64,000 nt of DNA, taken from Lama glama (taxonomy: Eukaryota). This document shows positions 12,575 through 25,755 of this stretch, one piece after another (position 1 is the first letter of the stretch; each line of letters begins with the position of its first letter). Position numbers and translations under genes: made by a program. A model generated the notes under the pieces. It was not told the origin of the DNA. It saw nothing but the letters and a program-made list of their open reading frames with translations, and made no database searches. Where the stretch lies: the NCBI GenBank assembly GCA_028534125.1, contig CM052832.1, forward strand, positions 11,720,001 through 11,784,000, written 5' to 3'.

Positions 12575-13402
12575 AAAGTTTCATCACTTTCAATGTATCG
12601 TGCCACTCTTTTCTGGCCTGTAGAGTTTCTGCTGAAAAATCAGCTGATAACTTATGAGAGTTCCCTTGGATGTTATTTGTTGATTTTCTCTTGCTGATTT
12701 TAATATTTTCTCCTTATCCTTAATTTTTGTCAGTTTGATTACTATGTGCCTCAGTGTGTTCCTCTTTGTGTTGATACTGTGTAGAACTCTCTGCTTCCTG
12801 GACTTGGGTGACTGTTTCCTTTACCAAGTTAGGGAAGTTTTCAGTTATTAACTCTTTAAAATTTTTCTTGGGTTCTTTCTCTCTCTCTTTTCTCTTTCTG
12901 GGACCCCTATAATGTAAATATTAGTGTCCTTTGTGTTGTCCCAGAGTTCTCTTAAACTATCCTCATTTCTTTTCATTCTTGTTCCTTCTTTTCTGTTCTA
13001 CAGTAGTGATTTCCACTAATCTGTCTTCTAGCTCACTGATTCATTCTTCTGCCTCATTTAGTCTATTCTTTGATCCTTCTAGTGTGTTATTCATTTCAGT
13101 ATATTCTTCAACTCTGTTTGGGTATTCTTTATAATTTCCAGCTCCTTGCTAAAAACTTCCTCCTGTGCATCTGTACTCCTTCTGAGTTTTCTGAGCATCT
13201 TCACCATCATTGCTCTAAACTCTTTCTTGGATAGATTGCCTTGTGGTTCCCTCTTTATATTTACAGTTGAAGAAGATCTTTTTTGCTAGATTCCAGTTTT
13301 TTTTTTTTTATAGTTGTGTAGCAGTCAGTTGTGGTTTTGTTATAGTTGCGAGGAGAGGTGAGCTCATGGTCCTACTACTCTGCCATCTTGACCGGAAATC
13401 CT
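12575..13402 (-). mobile_element. L1 5' end joined to ORF1 fragment
   Basis: Minus strand begins GGATTTCCGGTCAAGATGGCAGAGTAG (L1 5' terminus with YY1 box). Antisense ORF1 motifs include ctggcctgtagagtttctgctgaaaaatcagctgata. Confidence 0.75.
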
Positions 13403-13921
13403 GAATACATTTTATATCAGTGGAATTTTGTTGAATGAAAAATAATGCTAGAAAACATAATCTGTAGCAGTCATTCTAATTTTGTCTTGTCACATACTCT
13501 AAAATATTAGGTTTGTATCAAAGTAATTTGTAACAAATCATTATTTGTGAATGTTCCTTTTGCAATTTTATTAGTGCACCTGCAAGGTTACCCTTGTGCT
13601 GTAAATCTCCTCACTTGCCTGGGTCTATCATGGATGTGTTCACAGGAGCCTTTCAGGTGTGCACATCAATGTCACAAGGGAAAAGTCTGAGAACCTGGGG
13701 ACTGGCAATAAAGCAGAGGTCAGATGGCCACCCTGGAGCATGTCCGTGAAGAGGAGCCTTTGAACCCCAATTTGTAAATGATATCTGCACTCCTAAACCT
13801 TGAAGACATGTCTTTGTTTGGTCAGTGGTGGTTTAGGTGGTTTTACCCTACCAGGCCGTAAGTGGTCTGGCCCCTGCCTGCCTCTCCCAGTTACATTCAC
13901 CTCATTCATGTTCATTCGACA

Positions 13922-14113
13922 TGGGGGTTTGGCATACTTTTTCTGTAAAGGACTAGACAGTAAATAGCCTTCGTTGGCATACTGCCTTTATCATGACTAC
14001 TCAGCTTGCCATTGTAGAGCAAAAGCAGCCATAGAACATATGTGAACAAATAAGTGTGTCAATAAAACTTTATTTATAAAACCAGGTGGTGGGCCATGGT
14101 TTGCTGACTCCTG
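13922..14113. mobile_element. MER58A-like hAT MITE
   Basis: ggggtttggca.actttttctgtaaagg...aaaagcagccataga...caataaaactttattta...tttgctgactcctg. Confidence 0.75.
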
Positions 14114-17100
14114 TTCTAACACCCCAAATAAGCTTTTGCTTTAGGGTCTTTGCTTAGAACTCACTTTCCCAGATAATCCTAGGACTTGGTCCCTTACTCT
14201 GTTCAGGTGTCTCAGATGTCTTGTCATCAGAAAGACTCTGTGACCACCCAATCTAAAATAGAACCGTACTCCCATATCTCCATATTTTTTTCCCTTCTCT
14301 CCTGTCATAAATGCTTCATTTAGTCGCTTTATTAATAATATTGATCATGTTTTGGTAAATTCTAGAGAAAAGCATGCATGTTTATAGACAGAATATTTTT
14401 TATACATGTAGTAGTCCATTTACAGTGGACTTTACCGTAGCTTTGTTATGCAGAGTTTGTTTTTTTATCGTATTCCTCTAATGACTGAGATTTAGACTGA
14501 GTTTGGCAGTGCCAAACATATCATATGGTGAATTGGCATGGGGTGATAGGAAAGAATTGCTTTGTTTAGATCCTCATCAATGAAAACAAATGTTTTTGGC
14601 TATTTTGGCTCTTCTTATAGATTATAAGTTCTGCCCCATATGTAATTTTCAAAGAACTATTTATGGAAAGAGGAGAATTTTCTAGACAATTTTTGCATGT
14701 TTCCCAGAAGCAGAGGAAGCCGTCAGGTTGGTCCATGCAAGATGACTAGGGGAACTGGGAGATGATCAGATAGGAAATTCATGTCAGGACCTGATAGCTT
14801 TGGAGGATGCAGCTCCAAGGAGGAGAGAGAGATCAGATCCTGAAGAGTCCACACAAGGTGTCCGTGACCTTGCTGCTGCAGACTTAGGAGGTCTACGTCA
14901 GTACACCGCTTGGAGCTGAGCAGAGTCTCTCCATGTGGGTGGCTGACGCAGAGGGGGTGTGTGCTGCATGTTATGGAGGCAACTCCAGTACTGGAGTCGG
15001 GGTGGCCTGGCATGTTCTCAAGGGGTCTGCACCATGGCCGCAAAGCATCTTAAGAGCTGTTGCATTTCTAATGTGAGGAGTGACACTAAAACTAACCCAT
15101 GAAGGAGCCTGAGAGGCAAAGGACCCCTCCTACTAGAAGAGGGGCTGTATCTGAGAAGCACACAGGGTTCAAGGCCAGGAGAATGTGGGAGAACTGTGTT
15201 TGCAGCTAATGCTAAGACTCAATGGGTGTGGCATCTTTTCTGGACTTGTGGCCCCATCATGCTTTGATTGGCAGGTTGATGGTCTTTACTAGTTTCTAAA
15301 AGAAGGTGTAAGTACCCTGTGTAAAGTGTGGTGTTATGGATGTTTTTCTTGTTTACTAATAAATTGTACTGAAGAATTATATTGAGTTCTTAATGTAACA
15401 TGATTCTATCATGTAATATGAATGCACATAAGATGTCCTTTCATCTGTATTTTTAACTGTAACTTTCCAAAGGATGCTGTTGGAAAGACATTGGTTTAGC
15501 TTAGCCAGAGTGAGATGTCTTTACTTGGGTGTATGTCTCCTGCAGTTTGGTTCTCTACTTTCTGCTTCCCATACCAGGATTTGAAAGTAAAACACTTGTC
15601 TCTTTAAGCCAGAAATGTACATAAATGTTTATAGATTGTTGAACACAGAACCTAAAAGGTAAAGTAACCATGGCCTTTTTGTTGTAGCTATTAAATGTGT
15701 GTAGTTATGTTCCCCAGTCCTGAACCGTGTTTCTAATTGCACCTTAGGTCATTGGAACTGAAAAGGCTTCTGTAAACATTTATTATTTCAAGTCCTTGCT
15801 CTTTCCCCCTAGAGATATGGAAAGTTTTTTAAAAAAATTGCTTGCCAATCCCCTCCATGTATTACCAGCCTGCTTCAGCCCCAAAGAGCTTCCCATCTCT
15901 TGGCATGGGACTGCTCAGTGTTTATTATTCTCAGCTATTGATTTTATTCTTGGAGGTTGTAACACCAATAAATTCTGAAGTCTACTGGTCGTACATGAGG
16001 GAGAACCACAGTAATTCATTCTAACACTGGTGCCCTGTATCAGTGGGGGGGAAAATTGTTGAATTTACTCTAGGCTGTGGGTCTTTTTCTCTTTCTAAAA
16101 TCATTATGTTAGTTAAAATGAGCCTCTGTACCAAAGAAAATAATCTATCACAGCTTGGGATTAGGGAACTCTACAGGGAAAGAGCTCGGATTTATGGAAG
16201 GAGGAGTTAATAACATCGGCTAGAGATGGTGCTCCTAGCTTGGCTCGCTGTAGCTTGCCTCTTGTAATTCTCATTCTTTTTTCTACCTCTGCAATTTCCT
16301 CCTCGCTTTTACTGCGGCTCTTTTTCACATTTAAACAGCCTGCTGTTTTTCATTATTTACTTTCTTATGTTCTGGCCTCTTCATCATCTCTTTCCCACCT
16401 AACCTTCCCACCTTTGGGGGACACTCAATTTCTACTTCCCTGTCCCAGTATTGAATCTATTTTCCTATCTTCTCCAACAATCTGGCTAAATTTGTTATCC
16501 ATTCCCGTTTGTACTGCTGGACTCCCCCCACTATTTCTGAAAGAGAAAGAAAGGCTTTAGAGAGGATAGTGACAGAAGATTTTGGGTTGTGGGGAGATTC
16601 CCACCCCTTGGGAACGTCGACACACATGGCACATGAGCTAGATCCTTCACTGATTCTCTGTGGAACTCAGTTCTCCCCACCCGTGGGGCATTGGTCACTG
16701 GAATGAGGCTTTGTGCTGCATGTGAACGTGGGTGACGCTGGAAGCCAGAAATTCTCATTGATTTCCACCGTGGCTGGGCCTCAGCAGAGCAGGCTGCTCC
16801 CCTTACCCTTTCTTCAGGCTGGGGTTAAGCCCTGTGAAGCCACAGTGCACCCTTTTCCCTGAGGCTGACTCTGTCTGACTCATACCTCCTACCAATGGGG
16901 CGGTCATGATGGGTTTGGGCAGATGTTTTCCTGGGGGTTGAGATGGGAGGAAAACCTCCTGGTTCCATCTTGCTCTGACCAAGTGGCAAAGTGAAGACCC
17001 AGAAAAGTGAGACTATCAACAGGGGCGTGAATGAAGTTGCAGGCAGGATTGGGGCAGACAAACCGAAGTGCAGATGGTCTGTCTGCAGGTCTCAGGAACT

Positions 17101-17792
17101 GGCTGTATTTGTAGTTTGCTCTCTGAGTAAGAATTATGAACATTATGTCTGAAAGGGACAATTCCCACAGCTTGTCTAAAAAAAGAGGTTTAAGGAGACC
17201 TTCAGATGAGTACACTGATCTTCAAACAAGGGTTACTGAAATGGTGGACGGATTAGGGAAAATCTACCATTCCTCTGCTCTTCTGTAAGAGTGAGTTGCA
17301 AATCTGGAGAGCAAGCGATTATTAAAATTAGACAAAAGTTCATTTTTCCAAAGATGAATCTCTTAACAGCAGCTCCATTCAAATTCTGCAGCTGCTTTGC
17401 AAACAAGACTCATGCTTTTATGGCTTTTTTTTTTTTTAGAAATGGATTTAATGGACTGAGTTCATTTAGACAGGAGATGAAATGAATGAGTGGAATTAGA
17501 ATACACATCCATTTGGCTGCCAGTCATTGTGTAAGCCACTCGACCACCCAACTTCTCTAATTAAATGACATCGCAGTCCCTGCATAAAGGCTGCAATGGA
17601 TAAATTAGTACTTGGTAAGTACTATGAAGATGAAAATCATGAGATGAGTAATGAGCAAAGATTTTTTTTCTCGTGGGCTGGAAACAGCATCTTTTGTGTT
17701 TTCCCACTGCACCATGGGTCACCTAGGTCGACATTGCAGAAAAACTCCTCCCCGTCAAGGAAGAATGAGAGAGAGACACAGTAAGGACAGGC

Positions 17793-17798
17793 TTTATT
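17793..17798 (-). terminator. GLP1R: Probable distal GLP1R polyadenylation signal AATAAA
   Basis: TTTATT on +. Followed on the minus strand by the GU/U-rich tract CTTACTGTGTCTCTCTCTCATTCTT. Other AATAAA candidates lie near 19153 and 19751. Confidence 0.5.
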
Positions 17799-19457
17799 TG
17801 ACTTACAAGGCAAATTAGGAAGGAGCCTCAATCCATTCACATCTGTACAAGGAATTATATACACCATGCACGTTGGCTACCTGTTGACGTAGGTCATATT
17901 TTACATGAATTTATGCATTAAGAAATCACATGAAAATTATCTTGTTTAAACATTCATGAAGCACAAACATCCCCCGAGTGCACTGAAGAGAGAAATTCAG
18001 CTTTGCCCCTCAGGAGAGCTCAGCTCACCTCTCTCTTGGTGCTTCTAAGCTCTGCATCAAACCCCCTCCAAAGCTAATATTGAGGTTTATCTGTGTTGAG
18101 GGTGTGATTATTTTTAGTGGGAGGAGGAGGAGCTTAGAAGAACTGTAGATTTGGAAGTAAAGCATGAACTTTTGGCAAGATCCGGCCCTGTCTGCTTTGA
18201 ACTTTGCCCCTTCCTGACCCCACTGGCTCCCCTGCAGAGAAGCCTAGAACCTAACTTGTTATATGTTCCAAACTTTCCTGGGAGCTCTTTTTCCACCACT
18301 TCCAAACATTCTCATTTATATACGTTTTTCTTCTCCCAGGTTGCTTGACATAGAGATAATTAGTCATGCTAGATTGTCCGGGTTGACTAATTACTGATGG
18401 TTTTGACAGGCCTGGTTAGAAAGGTTGCATAACCCCAGTGTAAGTTAGGATCCAAGCTGCTGGCTGCAGCACTCCTCCCGTGCCAGAGTGTGGTACTTGG
18501 TACATCACTGCCAGCTGCACCCCTAAATTGATCACGGCTGAGAGAACAGCACCCCCAGCACAACTAGAAGGGTCACCTCTTACTGAGGCGGCAGGGGGAG
18601 AAGTGCAGGATGCTCCCTGCAGGGATGGGGGGTGGGTACACGTGGGACTGGGGAGGAGGCTGGATGCATCAAGGGGAAAAGGCCCGCTGCCAGATGGGGT
18701 CCTGAAAAACTGGCTCAAGTGGCAGAAGGGGAAGAGAAAACTCTGCTCCGATACATTCAGATGTAGGCGAAGTCCAAGGGACTTCGGGGAGTTCACTGGA
18801 AAACAGGTTTGCTTATCTGCTTCCTGCCAATCTGTGTCCACCAACAGAGCAGGAGTAATTACAGATACCGTGGACACAGTGTGGCATTAAGTGTTTGAAA
18901 TTATACTGCTTAGCAGCGCTTCCAGATTTGGCCCTGGGCATGGGGCCAGAGAGCTGGTTCGAGCTGGCAGGTAACACTGTAGGGCATGGTGGTGTTGCCT
19001 GCAGAAGTGTCCCACATTGCGCCATTTTCCCCCCTCAAGAAGACTCATTTCAGCCATGAAAAGGAAAAAAAAAAAGTTGATACTAATTTGGTTTCTGTTG
19101 AATATTTATCATGACATTCACATAGCTGTCTTAGCAGAGTAAGCTGACATATTTTATTTGCTAGTTTTTATAGCGTTTGGCTCCTCGTAGGAGCCAAAAG
19201 CAGGGTCAGCACGGTAGATTAGAATCAATTCAGTGGAGGGAAAATAAACCTTTGGAGTATATTTTGCCTTCCCTGAGCACGTCGCAGGCATTAGCTATAA
19301 TGGGAGCCCTGTCTGTGCATGGAGAGGAAGCATCTATCGCTCAGGCTCCCACCCATCCTTGCCCTGGGCTGTGCGGTCCCCTGACCTTCACAGTGGGTGG
19401 GATGCTTCCAGATTCATCATCTCCTAACTTTATGCTGCTACACACAGGACAAACACA

Positions 19458-19458
<1 letters not shown>

Positions 19459-19508
<50 letters not shown>
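19459..19508 (+). repeat. (CA)25 microsatellite
   Basis: Direct reading. Confidence 0.97.
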
Positions 19509-19512
<4 letters not shown>

Positions 19513-22500
19513 GTTCTATGCTTCTAGAGAAGAAAGAGATGGAGGAGGGAATGGGGACAAGAGCTGCTGAAACATGGCCCACACCGATGAGGTGACCAAG
19601 CCTTTTGGGACGTGGATGTGAACTGACTCTGTCTGCCCTCAGTGGTGGCTGTGCCATCTTCGCTAGGCTGAAGTTGCCCAGTTTGCTAGTCTTCTCCAAC
19701 TTCAGACAGTGCTAGAGAGGCAAAACGGAGGGTCAGATTTTTTAGGTTCTTTTATTCCACTCTGTGTGGCTATCAGTACAACTTCTTAAACAAGCACAGC
19801 TGCATCAGAGAAACGTTAAGCCAACCCACTAAAAGAGCACTGGACCTGCTATCCGAAATGGCTCACTTGCTGTTTCTATGTATTCACGTGCTCTGATACA
19901 TTCCATTTCTTAAAGACAAGGATGAATGTGGTACTACAGTAGATAGTAGAGCATGCCCCCCTCTTCATCTCGCCAGTATAAATCATTGAGGAGGTGGCAC
20001 CTGTACCATCCGATGTGTCTATTTTTGCTGCTGTGTATCTCTTTAACAGAAACTCCAGATAACACTGCCAACTTTCACTTAGCATATCCTGAATGGCCAT
20101 TTATGTTTTTCATCTGTCCTCTCCAGAGGCTTCACTGGACTGGGAGGTGGGAGTTGGCCAGGGTCCTAGCCCATTTCAGCCATCATCTAGCACTGTGACC
20201 TTGGGCAAATCACCTCTGCAAGCTTCCCTCCTCAAGACTCTTGATCAGGGCAGAGAGATCTCCAAGGTCTTTCCCTGCTCTGAGTCTCTGAGATCTTCAC
20301 TGCATAAATTGCATTGAGGCAATCAGCAAATCATGCCTACCATCTGGAAAGTTGTTTTAAAGGGAAGGCAGCTTTGCAATGTAAGAGGTTTGTTTCAGTT
20401 CTGTGATTTAGCTACTCCAAAGATTCAAGTGAAAAGATGAGTTCTCATGATTTAAGCCCCTCACAAGTTCGGGGGGAGCTGGCCAGAGTGCTGAACTCAG
20501 CTTCTGTTCATGACAGTCATCCGACCTGGCTGTACAACTCACACACACAGCACCTAACCCTGCTGGTGAGCGATAGTACCTCCAGGACAGAGGCAGGCAA
20601 GAGTGTTCTCGGCAAGCTCCAGACTTAGGGCATCAGGCATGTAAACAGCTGGTGGAATTTCGGAGTACATCGAATTCAATAGTTCCCAGATCTGTTAGAA
20701 CTATATTTAGCTTAGGAGAGTTTGGGAATAGCTTTGGACGGAGTGCACTGCCACTCAAATGAATATTAATAGTGTGGGTTGTGGAGCAGAGAAAATATTT
20801 CTTCAATTCAGCATCTGGTATGTATCTGAGAAGGAAAAAGTTCCTCAGTATTAAAAGGCTTGGGGTATGGCGGTGTGATGAGCATTCTGAAATCAGGAAT
20901 CAGGAGTGCTAGTTGGGAAAAGAACTCTGCTTAAAGTGTAAGCCAAACTGTCTGAGCTTCCCAAGTGCCTAACTAAACACTTTCTCCCCACAGTTCTTCC
21001 CCTCAACAATTTACTTCTTGAAGATAATATCAATCTGACTCTTCCTTTGTTGCTACATAGTGTATTAATAAATCTCAAAAATCTTCGTTTATCCAAAATG
21101 GAAAAACTCGCACCAGAGCTTTATCCCCCCAATCAGTCTACCAGCACTCGCCCCCAACCCACTCCAAAAAAGAAACCACATGCATGATGCCTATGGGGAA
21201 GTTTGCCCTTATTCTGGGGAGGCAGGAATGTCCCCCCCCCACCTCCCTACATTTTCTCAGGCAAGGAGGCAGTCTGCACAATTTCTTTCTTTAGCCTGAG
21301 GTTCAACTTCCCTATTAACATAGACACAACACTTCACTGACACTGAAGTGTAAGAAATTTTCTGCTTGATGTGTTTTATGTCCCATTATTATTTTCCCCG
21401 CACATCACAATCCTCTGTGAGGGGCAGAGGAGAAATATGTCTGGTACAAGACTTTGGGGGAGGGTACCCCATCACTCATAAAGGAGGAGGGAAAGATCAC
21501 TTCATAAAGGAATTCATCCGAACACTCCCTCTGCCCTCCCAGGAGGCCTAGACTCCCAAGAGTTCTCTTCTGCTCTGGAAACTTCTTTCACATCCGTGAA
21601 CTCAACTGCCAACCTCTGTGGAATGGCTGTTCCCCTTTTGTCTAGGTCTTTGCATTGGTGCTACGTGCCTTTTCACCATGGATGGGGCAGGATTGATAGG
21701 TTTTCCCAGTTCTAGCCTCTCTGCCACTCATTATTTATGGGATGAGACTGGAGGCAGGGCAAACATTAAATAGCTCTAAGCATGGATGGATCAAATTAAT
21801 AACTACCCCAAACCACATCACAACCACCACAGTGATCTTGTTTCCATCAGGTGGGAGAAATCAGAACTGCACATTGGCAGTATAGACTATTCACAGCAAT
21901 AGAAAAAAGTGAATAAAGTATATACAAGCTCCCAAGTGGGGGAATTTGAAAGGGAAGAAACGAAGGGCAGGGGAAGCCTGTCTCCATGGTAACAGCGGGG
22001 ACCAGTGGTTTCCCCAGGAGAGTTTCTTCTCAGTCACATGACCTAAAGTTAGTGGGCACACCCAAACCCATGCAGGGTACATAATCTGGTCACAAATAGA
22101 AAGTATTTCTATGGAGAGGTGGAGGCAGCCTCTCTCGGCCCTCTGGGTTCCCAGCAGTAGCAGGTAATCTACAACTCCAGTGTGGACCTTCCTCAAGTTC
22201 CCCAGATGAACCCCAGCACATTCTTGAGCATCTCTAGAATAGAATTCAGAGCGCATACCAAGGGCTGGACCCCTCGGCAGTGGGCCGGCAATAAAACAAC
22301 TCAAACACCCAGGGGAGAAGAGGGGACCAGAAAAGGAAACCTTTGGGTACCTTCTCAGTGTTCATCCTCAACACCACCCACAGCCATTTCTAGAAATTGC
22401 TGCCAGGAGTGGCCCAAACAAAGCATCCTAAAGAGAAACTAGGTGGTGATATTGGGGGGGGGGCGTGGTAGATAAGGGAAACTAGCAACGCTGACATGTG

Positions 22501-22884
22501 TCCAGTGTCCCTTAATGAGGCAGCAGATGGGGGTGGTGACCCCGACTGGAGGTGGCTCACGTTACCCAAGCTCTGTGTTCAGCTGAGGTTATATCCGCCT
22601 CTTTCAGAACCATGTCCTCTTGCAAGCCCCAATCCCACTAATAAGCCATTGACCTTGAGTTTGAGTCTGGGGCTGATCTACCGCTGTCTGGGGGAACCCC
22701 AGGGGCCTTGTGGCTTAACAAGAAGAAATCCTCCTTGTTTTAGCAGCAATTGTTTTTTCCTCTCCTCCCGCCACAGTGATCAAATTAACAGGCTGCTTCT
22801 CCTCGGAGAAAATGTGTCCACGGGTCCCAGGAGGCACTGCCCATTTGCCTGTCTGATGGGTTTGGGAAGGGAAAGCATGGAAGC

Positions 22885-22885
<1 letters not shown>

Positions 22886-22915
<30 letters not shown>

Positions 22916-22926
22916 CGCGCGCGCAC
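22886..22926 (+). repeat. (TG)n microsatellite ending in GCACGCGCGCAC, GLP1R proximal 3'UTR
   Basis: Direct reading. Confidence 0.9.
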
Positions 22927-23015
22927 CTGTGTCACTCCCTCACCCCACCCTGGTCCCCGGGGACAGTCTCTCCCACCTGGGATGGCCACCCAGCCAGCAG
23001 GGAGATCACGTCGAG

Positions 23016-23183
23016 TCAGCTGCAGGAGGCCTGGCAGGAGGCTGCGTACACACTGCTCCCCACAGTGCCCCCACAGCTCAGGCTGCTGGTGGGACACTTG
23101 AAGGGCTTCATGCTGCTGTCCCTCTGGGTATGCAGGTGCTCAAGCCGCCAACGCTCCCAGCTCTTCTGAAACTCCATCTGGAC
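23016..23183 (-). CDS. GLP1R: GLP-1 receptor exon 13 (helix 8, C-tail, stop TGA)
   Basis: [18 protein letters not shown]...CQASCS*. Acceptor AAG. 168 nt. Confidence 0.97.
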   Translation of the reverse strand, partial: VQMEFQKSWERWRLEHLHTQRDSSMKPFKCPTSSLSCGGTVGSSVYAASCQASCS

Positions 23184-24627
23184 CTTCCATGGGAAAAGGA
23201 GGGGAGCAAAATCATCATGCAAAGCAACTGCCCACAGAATGGCCCCATTATTACATTAGTAGGGAAGGGAAAAAATCCACTGCATTACATTAAGAGATAC
23301 AAGGCAAGGCCTTTAGGCACCTAAATTAATATCCCAATAAAATTGTTTATTGTTGTCTCCTATTTTCTGCCTCTTCTCGGGAGAGACTCTGGCTTGATGA
23401 TCTAATTGGTCTCTTCCATCTCTAAACTCTGTGACGCAGCTGAGTACCTTCCACAGTCCATCACTTTCTTATTTAATGGAAGAGAAGGAGTGACAGAGAG
23501 ATGCGGGGAGATGGAAGATGGGTGAGAGAAGAAAAGAAGAGAGCCTTGACTTTAGAGAACTCCCAATTTCAGCTTGGACCACTGAGAAGAGGGACAGCAC
23601 ACCCCTCATAGTGTCCACACCAGACCCTTCTAAAGTCCCCAAGGGCTTTCGCCCAGACCCCAGTGCCTCGTGTGGGAAGAAGAGGGGAAGGGGAGAATGA
23701 AGCTGAACTAGTAGCAGCAGTGAGGAGGGGACTGCAGACCAAGGCTTCTCAGCCTGGATTTGAACTAATCCCATCCAGGAACTGGTCCCAGCCCACAATG
23801 GGTATGGCCCTAGTGAGTTCAGCCATCCAGAATCCCGGCTGTGATGGGCTCAGCCCTCCCCAGCAGGAAAAGCCCTCTCAAGAGGGCTGATGCTTGGGGA
23901 CCAGTTTGCTGTGGCAGAAAGATGCAAATCCAAGTAACACTGCAGAGCCCCAGTCACTTGAGGGTTTGTGGCAGTGCTGTGTGAGCTGGCCTGTGATTCT
24001 GGTCCCCTAGATGGGCTGCTAGAACCTGCACAGCCGGCCTAGGGTGTTGGGAGTGCTCTTCCAAGAGGTGTTACCACACACTTGCTTCCCAGAGCTTATC
24101 TGATGCCCCCAACCCCTGCCCCCAGGCCTCTCCATGCCAGAGTGTCTGGGGCCTGGGCTCTCACTCCCGAGACTGCCAGCTGCTGTAGGTAGTCGGCTCA
24201 CTGCCAATGCCCCATCCATCCCTGTGCAAACACCCCTCTTCTCCTGCAGAGCTGTCATCCATCCAGCTAAGCCCAGCAAGACGCCTGGCATGGCCGCATG
24301 CCATCCCTTAAAAGAACTTTCTCTGCACTGAGTGAAGCTGAGATGGCCTGGAGCCTGCCTGCCAGGATGGCCCCCAAGCTCATATATGGTTAGAGCGTGC
24401 CTGCACACGTGTGTGTGTGTGTGTGTGTGTGTGTATGAGAGAGACAGAGATGGAGAGACCCACACACAGGAAACAATACATGGATAAGATGCCTTCTCAA
24501 CTCTAGTGTGTCAGTGGGTGGGTTGGGGTTTCAGCCGAAAAGACTGCTGGGAGTCCCCATTGCACAATTCCAGAATGGCCAATGGTAGTGGCCCACCAGG
24601 GCCCCCACGTCCCTCCTCAGGCCTTAC

Positions 24628-24669
24628 CTCATTGTTGACAAAGCAGTACAGGATGGCCACCATCAGCCC
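24628..24669 (-). CDS. GLP1R: GLP1R exon 12
   Basis: GLMVAILYCFVNNE. CAG acceptor, GTAAG donor. 42 nt. Confidence 0.97.
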
Positions 24670-25616
24670 CTGGAAACAAGAGACACGTCAGCAGGAGGAA
24701 GCGGGAGGCAGGTGCTCTGCAGGCAGGCCCTAGTCTGAAGCCCCTACAGACTCTAACGCCAACATCCCTTTCCTTAGACTGAGCAGCCTAGGCAGACCCA
24801 GAAATGCGGGTGGTGGGTTTTTTCTCCTTTCCTTTCTAGAGGAACAAGAAGGCACCTAGCTCAGAAACTGCAGAAGCTCTTCAACCACCCTCTCCTGACC
24901 CGAGAAAGGACACCACCTCTGATCACAGGGAATTTTCCCTGCCCAACCCTACTGGTTCACTCAGCAGCCCGGTGCTCCAGAACTGGGATGGTGTGTGTGT
25001 GTGTGCGCGCGTGCGCACGCGCGCATGTGTGTCCACGTCCATGTGTGTAAGTCACACACATGGGCTCACATGCTTGTGGCCATTCCATAAGCCTCTCCAG
25101 GAGCTGGGGCCAGTTTCTCACATTTCACACCTCCACTGATACTCGCCCTGCTCAGCATCATCTAACACTAGTGGAGAGACTCAGTCTTGGCTTTGGAAAC
25201 AATGTGACCTGGCCAGTCTCATTTTTCCATCTCATAGCCTCAGTTTCCCCCTCTGTATAATGGGGTAACCTTGCACACCTCATGGGATTCTAAGAGGATT
25301 AACTACACAATGGGTGTAAAGCATCTGGCAGGGTACCCATCACCCGGTAGCAGCCCAGTGGACGGCAGTTGCAATGCCACGCTGGGTGCCCATGGTGACA
25401 TGCAGGAAGGCTTCTTGTCCAAGATGTCTACAGAGAAGACTGGCTTGGGTGTCGGGACACTGGGACTCTAGCTCTGGCTGTTCTCCCACCACATAACTTA
25501 CCCCCAGCCCTCAGGCTGCCCATCCACCTGGTACAGGCTGGTCTCTGCCCAACCCCAACTCTGGGACTTCTTTGTCCCAGAGGGACAAGGGAGAGAGGCC
25601 CCAGCAGCAAGGTTAC

Positions 25617-25755
25617 CTGGAAGGAGGTGAAGGAGAGCTCTGTGAACAGCTTGACGAAGCGCAGCATCCCCCGGGCGTGCTCGTCCATCACGAAGGCAAA
25701 GATGACCTCATGGGTCCCCAGCAGGGGGATAAGCGTCAGCGTGGACTTGGCAAGC
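25617..25755 (-). CDS. GLP1R: GLP1R exon 11 (TM6-ECL3-TM7)
   Basis: [49 protein letters not shown] acceptor, GTAAC donor. 139 nt. Confidence 0.97.

Noticed and set aside
22496..23324. Plus-strand ORFs of 201 and 145 aa
   Set aside because: Antisense to the GLP1R last exon/3'UTR and run through a (TG)n microsatellite.
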